From Trichlorobacter lovleyi SZ (GTDB lineage: Bacteria > Desulfobacterota > Desulfuromonadia > Geobacterales > Pseudopelobacteraceae), in NCBI RefSeq assembly GCF_000020385.1, contig NC_010814.1:990001-1022000 (forward strand): a DNA stretch of 32,000 nt. The letters are read 5' to 3'. This document shows, piece by piece, positions 24,096 to 32,000 of this stretch. Positions within the stretch are counted from its first letter, which is position 1. Each line of letters opens with the position of its first letter. Position numbers and translations under genes: made by a program. The notes beneath the pieces are model-generated. The model searched no databases and was not told where the DNA came from. It worked only from the letters and a program-made list of their open reading frames with translations.

Positions 24096-24353
24096 CTACA
24101 CTGCAATACTGGTGACCCAGGCCATGATCTCCTGGCGTGAGAGGAAGAGCGGTGATCTGCCCTGGGGCAGTCTTGCGATGACCTCACCGGCAAAACGGCG
24201 ATGCAGGGTAAGCGCCTGCTGGTTAGGGATGACATCCAGCAGCAGTGCCAGGGCCAGTTGTTCTGTGTTGTGATGTGTATAGCACGGGGTCATCGGGGGA
24301 TTTGTGCTGCTATGATGGCAGGCGCTGTCTGTATACCATGGTGTTTCGCGCAT
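24096..24353 (-). CDS. Small hypothetical protein, first gene of the pilus operon
   Basis: 85 aa. ATG 24353 is preceded by AGGAGA at 9-nt spacing. The C-terminal part (GEVIARLPQGRSPLFLSRQEIMAWV) faintly resembles excisionase/AlpA-type winged-helix proteins. No confident family. Confidence 0.45.
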   Translation of the reverse strand: MRETPWYTDSACHHSSTNPPMTPCYTHHNTEQLALALLLDVIPNQQALTLHRRFAGEVIARLPQGRSPLFLSRQEIMAWVTSIAV

Positions 24354-24430
24354 AAAACCGTGTCTCCTGGCTGATAATGAGGTGTTTGTGCTTCAATATA
24401 GTGCATTTAAATATATGTCGATATCCAATA

Positions 24431-24495
24431 TTGATATAATTTGTGTGCATTGTTACCGAAATTGATAGCTTGATATAGTATAGTTATTATATCAA
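24431..24495. promoter_or_regulatory. Operator-like TTGATATA repeats in the divergent control region
   Basis: TTGATATA at 24431-24438 and at 24470-24477. TTGATAgc at 24462-24469. Inverted copy TATATCAA at 24488-24495, giving a perfect 8-bp inverted repeat with a 10-bp spacer. Imperfect palindrome ATATCCAATATTGATAT at 24421-24437. A further TTGAT overlaps the -35 at 24516-24520. Confidence 0.4.
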
Positions 24496-24519
24496 GTCAA
24501 CTTCTAAAATGGGCATTGA

Positions 24520-24548
24520 TTGACCTGAGGTGCAAAAAAAGCTATATT
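24520..24548 (+). promoter_or_regulatory. Sigma70-type promoter for the CI-like regulator
   Basis: TTGACC (24520-24525), a 17-nt spacer, then TATATT (24543-24548). AAAGGAGG SD at 24567-24574 and ATG at 24580. Confidence 0.5.
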
Positions 24549-24579
24549 GTTTCTTCAGGGAAAAGCAAAGGAGGTGACT

Positions 24580-25434
24580 ATGACAGCAAAAAGCACTAAA
24601 ATAGTTGAACTTTTTGATGGCGCTGCTGCTCATGAACCCCATGAGGACGCTGCGATAGCCGTGTCCAAAAGTGATGAGGAAGTTGCCTTAAGCACGCGTC
24701 AGGTGCTGGCACGGATCAAGGAACAGCTGGGGCTTGATACGGATATTGAGCTGGCAGAGGCGATGGGAATCGGTATCAGGCGAATTCATAACTGGAAACA
24801 CCGCAACACGGTGCCGACCGAAGAGATCGTGGCTATCTGTGGTAAGGAAGGGCTTGATTTGCAATATATTCTGACTGGCCCGGGGCCACTGCAGGGGGGG
24901 GGGGCTATGCAAGCTGGAGCAAAAAAAGGGGCGGTACATTGCAACTTTGATCCGGAGCAGGCGAACAAGCCGCGCGACACCTATACCCCTTCACAGTGCG
25001 GTCATCCTCGGATACATCCGCCCTACAAGGCCTACACCCAACGCTCGGAAAAAGGCGAAGTGCTTTCCTCGTTTTCCTCACCCCAGATTGTGGATGTGCT
25101 GGCGCCTGGTCTCAATTGGCTGAATCATTCGCTGGGGATTGCGCCGGAGCATTTTCTGCTGGTTAAGGCGTTAGGGGATAATATGGCCCCTTGGCTGCAG
25201 GATGGTGATTTGATTATGGTTGATACCAGCATAAAAACCACCACAGCCGGTGGATGCTTGCTGTTGCGTTACCCTGATGGGGTTTTGATGGTGCGACGGG
25301 TGTTCAGAAGTCCGGAGGGTAGGCTGATGGTGAGGGATGACAATGAGTGCTCGCCGCCTGATGCCATAGATCCCAATGATAACTCAACCTATCCGATTGT
25401 GGTGGGCAGGGTGGTGAGACGCCTGGTACGTTGA
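24580..25434 (+). CDS. Phage CI / LexA-like regulator (N-terminal CI-type HTH plus S24-peptidase-like C-domain with substituted catalytic dyad)
   Basis: Start placed at ATG 24580. HTH: LAEAMGIGIRRIHNWKHRNTVPTEEIVAICGKEGLDLQYILTG. C-domain: LVKALGDNMAPWLQDGDLIMVD...GVLMVRRVF...IVVGRVVRRL. This aligns with LexA VSGMSMKDIGIMDGDLLAV...EVTVKRLK, with Asn at the Ser position and Arg at the Lys position. Confidence 0.85.
   Translation: MTAKSTKIVELFDGAAAHEPHEDAAIAVSKSDEEVALSTRQVLARIKEQLGLDTDIELAEAMGIGIRRIHNWKHRNTVPTEEIVAICGKEGLDLQYILTGPGPLQGGGAMQAGAKKGAVHCNFDPEQANKPRDTYTPSQCGHPRIHPPYKAYTQRSEKGEVLSSFSSPQIVDVLAPGLNWLNHSLGIAPEHFLLVKALGDNMAPWLQDGDLIMVDTSIKTTTAGGCLLLRYPDGVLMVRRVFRSPEGRLMVRDDNECSPPDAIDPNDNSTYPIVVGRVVRRLVR
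24894..24904 (+). repeat. G11 homopolymer inside the regulator CDS
   Basis: ctg caG GGG GGG GGG Gct encodes LQGGGA in the linker between the HTH and the S24-like domain. This is the longest mononucleotide run I found in the window. Confidence 0.95.
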
Positions 25435-25527
25435 AAGGGTGTTTCGTTCCAGTAGCTGTAGGCCGTGGACTGGTTGTCCTGCTTTAGGGTAACGTTTCGC
25501 AGTGGCCTGCTGAGTGGGGATAGGCGT

Positions 25528-25566
25528 AAAAGAAAAGGGCGGCCAACCAGGCCGCCCTTTTCTTTT
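25528..25566. terminator. Bidirectional rho-independent terminator (regulator / hldE convergent pair)
   Basis: AAAAGAAAA-GGGCGGCC (25537-25544) aacca GGCCGCCC (25550-25557)-TTTTCTTTT. Confidence 0.8.
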
Positions 25567-27040
25567 ACTGCTCGTCGGTGTAGCGTTCCAGTACCTTTTC
25601 GATGATGTTGGTGGTTGATTTGCCATCCACAAAGGGGATCAGTTCGACCCTGCCTCCGTAGGACTCCACCAGATCCTTGCCAACGACCCCCTCCGGCGTG
25701 TAGTCGCCACCTTTGACCAGAATCTGCGGTTTCAGGGCGGTAATCAGTTCCAGCGGGGTGTCCTCCTCAAACAGACAGACGTAGTCGATACAGTCCAGGG
25801 CAGCCATCAGGTGGCCCCGTTCATCTTCGTCAATCAGCGGGCGTTTGGGCCCTTTCAGGCGCCGCACCGAGGCATCGCTGTTCAGTCCCAGAATCAGCAG
25901 GTCTCCCAGGCGGCGGGCGGCCTGCAGGTATTTGACATGTCCGGCATGCAGCAGGTCGAAACAGCCGTTGGTAAAGACCACCTGCCTGCCCTTGGCCCGT
26001 TCCGCGGCAATGATCTCTGACAGTACCTCACGGTTCTTGATCTTGCTGTCACTGTCGCGGTGTTCCAGGGAGACCGCAGCGATAATCTCGGCCGGGGTGA
26101 CGGTGGAGGTGCCCAGTTTGGCCACGGCGATCCCGGCGGCAACGTTGGCCAGCCGGGCCGACTCGGCCAAGGGCAGGCCGCCGGCAAGCCCGCAGGCCAG
26201 CAGGGCCAGCACGGTGTCGCCGGCACCGGTGACATCAAATACCTCGCGGGCAACGGTCGGGATATGGACGGTCTCGCCATTGCCGCAGAAAAGTGACATC
26301 CCTTCTTCGCTGCGGGTGATCAACAGGTTATCCAGTCCCACGGTGGACATGATCGTGTCGGCAGCCTGCTGCAGGCTGGCACCGTCTTGGATCGGTACCC
26401 CGGAAGCAGCTTCGGCCTCCTTGCGGTTGGGGGTCAGACAGGTGGCGCCCCGGTACTTGCTGTAGTCACTGCCTTTGGGGTCTACCAGAACAGGAATGTT
26501 GCGCCTGCTTGCCGTGGAGGTGACAGAGGCCAGGACGGACGGTGTCAGCACCCCTTTCAGATAATCGGATACCAGCACTACATCAAAACCGGTTATATGT
26601 TGCTGCAGCCAGTTGATCAGCTGTTGTTCGATCTGCCCGGAGAGCGGCTCGCGGGATTCCCGGTCAATCCTGACGATCTGCTGGTTGGCGGCAATCACCC
26701 GTGTTTTGCGGCCGGTACGGCGTCCCGGCTCCTGATAAATCGGGGCGGTATCAACCCCCTGCCGGCTGAATGCCTTCAGTAGTGCCCAACCGTTCTCGTC
26801 CTCGCCGATCACCGAGGCGACCGTGACCTGACAGCCCAGCGCCAGCAGGTTGTTGGCCACGTTGCCGGCCCCGCCCAGGCGCAGGTCTTCCCGCAGCACA
26901 TCCACCACCTGTACCGGGGCCTCGGGAGAGATCCGGTCGGTCCTGCCCCAGAGGTATTCATCCAGCATCAGGTCGCCGACAACCAGACATTTCAGGGTGG
27001 AGGCGCGCTGAAACAGTGATTCGACCATTTTACGATCCAT
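25565..27040 (-). CDS. hldE: Bifunctional D-beta-D-heptose 7-phosphate kinase / D-beta-D-heptose 1-phosphate adenylyltransferase
   Basis: 491 aa. The N-terminal half reads as a ribokinase-like sugar kinase (GDLMLDEY near the N-terminus; DVTGAGDT). The C-terminal cytidylyltransferase domain has FTNGCFDLLHAGHV. Confidence 0.92.
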   Translation of the reverse strand: MDRKMVESLFQRASTLKCLVVGDLMLDEYLWGRTDRISPEAPVQVVDVLREDLRLGGAGNVANNLLALGCQVTVASVIGEDENGWALLKAFSRQGVDTAPIYQEPGRRTGRKTRVIAANQQIVRIDRESREPLSGQIEQQLINWLQQHITGFDVVLVSDYLKGVLTPSVLASVTSTASRRNIPVLVDPKGSDYSKYRGATCLTPNRKEAEAASGVPIQDGASLQQAADTIMSTVGLDNLLITRSEEGMSLFCGNGETVHIPTVAREVFDVTGAGDTVLALLACGLAGGLPLAESARLANVAAGIAVAKLGTSTVTPAEIIAAVSLEHRDSDSKIKNREVLSEIIAAERAKGRQVVFTNGCFDLLHAGHVKYLQAARRLGDLLILGLNSDASVRRLKGPKRPLIDEDERGHLMAALDCIDYVCLFEEDTPLELITALKPQILVKGGDYTPEGVVGKDLVESYGGRVELIPFVDGKSTTNIIEKVLERYTDEQ

Positions 27041-27043
27041 GGT

Positions 27044-27634
27044 CTAACGTCCTTCCCCGGCAAATATGCCGAACAGGCCCTGCTCGATCAGGTCGCAGAG
27101 GATGTGGATTACGGCGATGTGACCTTCCTGTACCCGGGGGGTGTCATTGGAGGGGATGATCAGCGGGATGTCGCAGACCGCCTTGATGCTGCCGCCGTCT
27201 TTGCCCAGCAGGCCGATGGTGGTGCAGCCGGCCTGGCGGGCCACCTCCAGCGCCTTCTGGACATTTGGAGAGTTGCCGCTGGTGGAGATGCCGATGACCG
27301 CGTCGCCCGGGACCGCCAGCGCCTCGACCTGGCGGGAAAAGATCCGCTCAAAGCCGTAATCGTTGCCGATGGCGGTTATGATGGAGGTATCGGTTGAAAG
27401 GGCTATAGCCGGCAGACCGGGCCGTTCAATCCTGAAACGACTGACAATCTCTCCGGCAAAATGCTGGGCGTCGGCTGCCGAACCGCCGTTACCCATGATC
27501 AGGAGTTTGTTGCCGATCTTGAAGGTCTCAATCAGGCGCTCCGCAAGTTCTGCCACCGGTGCGGTCAGTTCGGCTTCCATCTTCTGAAACAGGGCCAGGT
27601 GGTCCTGAAGTTGCTTGGCGATAAATGATTGCAT
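27044..27634 (-). CDS. gmhA: Phosphoheptose isomerase (SIS domain)
   Basis: 196 aa. [18 protein letters not shown] and [10 protein letters not shown] are GmhA/SIS motifs. A strong TAAGGAGG SD is present. The gene ends 3 nt before the hldE start. Confidence 0.92.
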   Translation of the reverse strand: MQSFIAKQLQDHLALFQKMEAELTAPVAELAERLIETFKIGNKLLIMGNGGSAADAQHFAGEIVSRFRIERPGLPAIALSTDTSIITAIGNDYGFERIFSRQVEALAVPGDAVIGISTSGNSPNVQKALEVARQAGCTTIGLLGKDGGSIKAVCDIPLIIPSNDTPRVQEGHIAVIHILCDLIEQGLFGIFAGEGR

Positions 27635-27645
27635 GAACTGCCTCC

Positions 27646-28671
27646 TTATGGATTAGCCAGTTGAGTCAGGGTGGCGGCTGGAAGTGCTGTATCATAGCCG
27701 GGAAACGGAATGCCGTCCAGACCGCAGACAGGCTGCAGCCCGGGATGCTGTTTGAGAAGCGCGGCCATGCTGCGGGTCAGGCTGCGTAACGGGCTGAGCA
27801 GGGAGAGCCTGTGGAGAGTCACTCCGCAGTGCAGGCAGGCAGCACCCTTGTGCAGCGCCGCAAGATACTGGCGGCGATGCAGGAACAGCTCCAGGCGGTG
27901 ACCGCGCCGTGCTGCTGCCAGCAACTGCTCCAGCAGGGCGTGCAGATGGGCCTCTTCGGTATCCTTTGGCAGATAGATGGCAACATGCTGCTGCTTTCCC
28001 CAACGTTCCCGAAAGGTGGCAATGGCGGCCTCTTCCTGCTTCCGGCGCCGTTCACGCGAGCCAAAGATGGTGGCAGGCTCCGCATCGGAGGTCGCTCCCG
28101 GCAATAGACAGGTTCTAAAACCATGGGCATCTGCGCGGTGGCGGTAATCCCGCAGACACCAGGGGCCGCTGTCCAGCTCTTCATCAAAAAGGCCGATACT
28201 GTCGCGCATTGCCTTTGAAAGTGCCAGCAGGGAAAAGCTTATATCGCAGGCTTCAATGACAGCACAACCGGACTTTACAAGCTGGGCAGGCAGCGGGTGC
28301 TCTGAGGGGCAATGGGGGGTGATGATGCCGGCCTGCCGGGTGTCTGCTGTTGCCAGAATCTGCTGGAAGCAGGTGCCGGAAAGTGTTCCGCTAGGCCGTA
28401 CAATCAAGGCCCAGTCTGCATCCGAGCGGGCAAGCGCACGGTTGACGGCCGGAACAAAACCGATGTTACGCTCCATGGTCATGTAGAGCGCACGTTCCCC
28501 CAGGTGATCGCAGAATTCCTCCAGCATCAACTCGGTGGTGCGGTCACAGCCGTTGTTGATGATGATCATCCGGGCGATCGGTGAGCAGCCCAGGATGGAG
28601 ACAAGGCAGGCCCTGGTCTCGGTCGGGTTGTTCCAGACCGGAATGATAATGTCAAAAGTGGGAGCGGTCAT
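27646..28671 (-). CDS. Family 2 glycosyltransferase with a C-terminal extension of about 170 aa
   Basis: [22 protein letters not shown] is a GT2 N-terminal motif. The start is ambiguous (ATG 28671 or GTG 28677) and neither has a clear SD. The stop overlaps the gmhA SD. Confidence 0.75.
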   Translation of the reverse strand: MTAPTFDIIIPVWNNPTETRACLVSILGCSPIARMIIINNGCDRTTELMLEEFCDHLGERALYMTMERNIGFVPAVNRALARSDADWALIVRPSGTLSGTCFQQILATADTRQAGIITPHCPSEHPLPAQLVKSGCAVIEACDISFSLLALSKAMRDSIGLFDEELDSGPWCLRDYRHRADAHGFRTCLLPGATSDAEPATIFGSRERRRKQEEAAIATFRERWGKQQHVAIYLPKDTEEAHLHALLEQLLAAARRGHRLELFLHRRQYLAALHKGAACLHCGVTLHRLSLLSPLRSLTRSMAALLKQHPGLQPVCGLDGIPFPGYDTALPAATLTQLANP

Positions 28672-28685
28672 AGGCACTAACTAGA

Positions 28686-28706
28686 AAGGGTGGGCATAAC
28701 CCACCC
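28686..28706 (-). terminator. Weak terminator-like hairpin after mreB
   Basis: On the minus strand, GGGTGGG ttatg CCCACCC (28706-28688) is followed by TTTCT. Confidence 0.35.
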
Positions 28707-28752
28707 CTTGAGATTGTTTTATTCGTAGTACTTTCAGGACGAAAAGGCTCTG

Positions 28753-29850
<1,098 letters not shown>

Positions 29851-29902
29851 TTAATGCAAGGGGGAAAACAGATGCCGTCTGCGGCAGCAGCGTGCTATCT
29901 CC

Positions 29903-29931
29903 TTGACTTTGCGTGGAGATGTCGGTACGTT
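29903..29931 (+). promoter_or_regulatory. Possible sigma70 promoter for ileS
   Basis: TTGACT (29903-29908), a 17-nt spacer, then TACGTT (29926-29931). The -10 element is only a partial match. Confidence 0.3.
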
Positions 29932-29967
29932 ACACAAATTTACCAGATGAGCAGCGGAGAAAAGTAT

Positions 29968-32000
29968 ATGGATTACAAAGCGACCCTGAACCTGCCCCAA
30001 ACCGACTTTCCGATGAAGGCCAACCTGTATCAGCGTGAGCCGGAGCTGCTCAAGCGCTGGCAGGAGCTGGACCTGTACGGAATGATTGAGGAGGCCGGCA
30101 AGGACAAGCCGGTCTATATGCTGCATGACGGCCCTCCCTATGCCAACGGCCATACCCATATCGGCCACGCCCTGAACAAGACCCTGAAGGACATTGTGCT
30201 GAAGGTCAAGCGGATGGAGGGGTTCCAGGCCCCCTATGTGCCGGGTTGGGATTGCCATGGCCTGCCGATTGAACTGCAGGTGGAGAAAAACCTGGGTTCA
30301 AAAAAGCATCAGATGACCAAGGCCGAGATGCGCAAGGAATGCCGTGTCTATGCCAAAAAGTTTATCGATATCCAGAAAGAGGAGTTCAAGCGTCTGGGGG
30401 TGCTGGGGGACTGGGATAATCCCTACATGACCATGACCAATGAGTATGAGGGATTGACCGCTGCCGAGCTGGCCAAGTTCGCCCACAACGGCGGACTGTA
30501 CCGGGGCAAGAAACCGGTGCACTGGTGTTCTTCCTGTGTGACCGCCCTGGCTGAGGCCGAGGTTGAGTATGCTGACCACACCTCGCCATCCATCTTTGTC
30601 AAATTTGCCCTGCAGGATGATGTAAGCGGCGCTATTCCGGCCCTGGCCGGCAAGCCGGTCTTTGTGGTGATCTGGACCACCACCCCCTGGACCATCCCGG
30701 CCAACCTGGCCATAGCCATGCATCCTGAATACGATTACTGCGCGGTTGAGGTGGATGGGCAACTGCTGATCGTGGCTGAAGGGCTGAAGGATCAGTTTCT
30801 GGCTGCCAACAACCTGTCCGGTGAGACCGTTGCCACCTTTAAGGCCGGCCTGCTGGAGCGCAAGCGCTGCAAACACCCTTTCTATGACCGTGATTCCATC
30901 ATTCTGTTGGGTGAGCATGTTACCCTTGAGGCTGGTACCGGCTGCGTCCACACCGCCCCCGGCCATGGTCAGGACGACTATGAGCTTGGTCTGCGGGAAG
31001 GGCTGGAGATCTACAACCCGGTGGATAACCACGGCAAGTATATCGGCAACCTTGAGCTGTTTGGCGGAGAAAAGGTCTTTGAAGCCAATCCCAAGGTGAT
31101 TGAGAAGCTGCAGGAGGTCGGCGCCCTGGTGGGTGTCAGCAAGATTTCTCACTCCTACCCCCACTGCTGGCGTTGCAAGAAGCCGATCATCTTCCGGGCC
31201 ACCGAGCAGTGGTTCATCTCCATGGAGGCCAACGACCTTCGTAAGAAGTCGCTGGAGGCGATTGACAAGGTGCAGTGGATTCCCAAATGGGGCCGCGACC
31301 GGATCTACGGTATGGTAGAGAACCGCCCGGACTGGTGCATCTCCCGCCAGCGTTCCTGGGGGGTGCCGATCACCGCCTTCTCCTGTACTGACTGCGGTGA
31401 GTTCCTGGCTGACGGACCCACCATGGATCACGTGGCTGAGCTGTTCAAACAACACAGCTCCGATGTCTGGTTTGAGTGGGAGGCTGCCCAGCTGCTGCCT
31501 GCCGGAACCACCTGTTCCAAGTGCGGCGGTGCCGCCTTTGCCAAGGAAAATGACATCCTGGATGTCTGGTTTGATTCCGGCGTCTCCCATGCAGCTGTGC
31601 TGGAGCCTAACCCCAAACTTTCATCACCCGCTGACCTCTATCTGGAGGGCAGTGACCAGCATCGCGGCTGGTTCCATTCCTCCCTGCTGGAGTCTGTTGG
31701 TACCCGTGGCGTTGCCCCCTACAAGTCAGTGCTGACCCACGGCTTCGTGCTGGATGGCCAGGGGCGCAAGATGAGTAAATCCATGGGTAACGTGGTGGCG
31801 CCTGAAGATGTGATCAAGAAGTTCGGGGCCGATGTCCTGCGGCTCTGGTGCTCAGCCCAGGATTATCGCGATGACAACCGCATCTCTGAAGAGATCCTGA
31901 ACCGGGTGGCAGAGGCCTACCGCCGGATTCGTAACACCTGTCGCTTCATGCTGGGTAACCTGAATGATTTTGATCCGGCAACCGACAGTGTTGCCTTTGC
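29968..32000 (+). CDS. ileS: Isoleucyl-tRNA synthetase (5' part, about 677 codons; continues past the window end)
   Basis: My own translation from ATG 29968 (GGAGA 7 nt upstream) gives [20 protein letters not shown]...[16 protein letters not shown] (HIGH motif)...[13 protein letters not shown]...KMSKS (about 31770). The reading frame is open to position 32000, which is why it is missing from the ORF track. Confidence 0.95.
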   Translation, partial: MDYKATLNLPQTDFPMKANLYQREPELLKRWQELDLYGMIEEAGKDKPVYMLHDGPPYANGHTHIGHALNKTLKDIVLKVKRMEGFQAPYVPGWDCHGLPIELQVEKNLGSKKHQMTKAEMRKECRVYAKKFIDIQKEEFKRLGVLGDWDNPYMTMTNEYEGLTAAELAKFAHNGGLYRGKKPVHWCSSCVTALAEAEVEYADHTSPSIFVKFALQDDVSGAIPALAGKPVFVVIWTTTPWTIPANLAIAMHPEYDYCAVEVDGQLLIVAEGLKDQFLAANNLSGETVATFKAGLLERKRCKHPFYDRDSIILLGEHVTLEAGTGCVHTAPGHGQDDYELGLREGLEIYNPVDNHGKYIGNLELFGGEKVFEANPKVIEKLQEVGALVGVSKISHSYPHCWRCKKPIIFRATEQWFISMEANDLRKKSLEAIDKVQWIPKWGRDRIYGMVENRPDWCISRQRSWGVPITAFSCTDCGEFLADGPTMDHVAELFKQHSSDVWFEWEAAQLLPAGTTCSKCGGAAFAKENDILDVWFDSGVSHAAVLEPNPKLSSPADLYLEGSDQHRGWFHSSLLESVGTRGVAPYKSVLTHGFVLDGQGRKMSKSMGNVVAPEDVIKKFGADVLRLWCSAQDYRDDNRISEEILNRVAEAYRRIRNTCRFMLGNLNDFDPATDSVAF

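Noticed and set aside
24102-24119. Sigma54-like -24/-12 element (minus strand TGGGTCACCAGTATTGCA) about 75 nt upstream of the major pilin
   Set aside because: The GG-to-GC spacing is one nucleotide longer than the strict sigma54 spacing, and no enhancer-binding protein is encoded nearby. It is kept only as a note because pilin genes are often sigma54-dependent.
24029-24235. 69-codon N-terminal extension of the major pilin ORF. The same issue applies to the extensions of ORFs starting at 22974, 19379, 14207, 6984, 3507 and 2033.
   Set aside because: In each case an internal ATG has a proper SD. That ATG begins the signal peptide or conserved domain, or removes an overlap with the upstream gene. 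The extensions are Arg/Ser/Pro-rich and overlap neighbouring genes or terminators.
30298-31590. 430-aa minus-strand ORF, plus the 135-aa ORF at 29851..30258
   Set aside because: Both are antisense to the unmistakable ileS reading frame (HIGH and KMSKS motifs on the + strand). They are Gly/Arg/Pro-rich low-information translations typical of the shadow frame of a GC-rich gene.

Overview
GC-rich Gram-negative chromosomal segment. Gene content and style resemble Geobacter/Desulfuromonadales, which cannot be verified here. About 27 real genes are supported. No rRNA, tRNA, CRISPR array, transposase or integrase was seen. Left part (1-12.2 kb, mostly + strand) is housekeeping: a LysR regulator, crcB-DUF190-secreted protein, a panB-panC-PLP-decarboxylase operon behind a structured leader that ends in an intrinsic terminator, a soluble multi-PAS hybrid histidine kinase, and an amidohydrolase. 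Right part (25.5-32 kb) is also housekeeping: GT2-gmhA-hldE (heptose/LPS), mreB, and the 5' two thirds of ileS, which runs off the window and is therefore absent from the ORF track. The middle (about 12.3-25.4 kb) is visibly more A/T-rich and is the interesting region. It is a tightly packed, translationally coupled minus-strand operon for a type-IV-filament (T4P/T2SS-like) machine. It encodes two prepilins, a GspE/PilB ATPase with an MshEN-type c-di-GMP-binding N-terminus, and a GspF/PilC platform. It also encodes GspL-like and GspM-like membrane proteins, a large Glu5-less pilin-like protein with a DxDxDG motif, a secreted beta-propeller-like repeat protein and a secreted Pro-rich/coiled-coil protein. 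The operon ends with a lipoprotein secretin, a lytic transglycosylase and a REC-GGDEF diguanylate cyclase. A CI/LexA-like regulator is transcribed divergently from it across an AT-rich control region with TTGATATA repeats. In this regulator both autoprotease catalytic residues appear substituted (Ser->Asn, Lys->Arg), and its coding sequence carries a G11 homopolymer. The parts list mixes T4bP, T2SS and MSHA traits and lacks a prepilin peptidase. Several components cannot be assigned to a family from sequence alone. This locus is my best candidate for an undescribed system.
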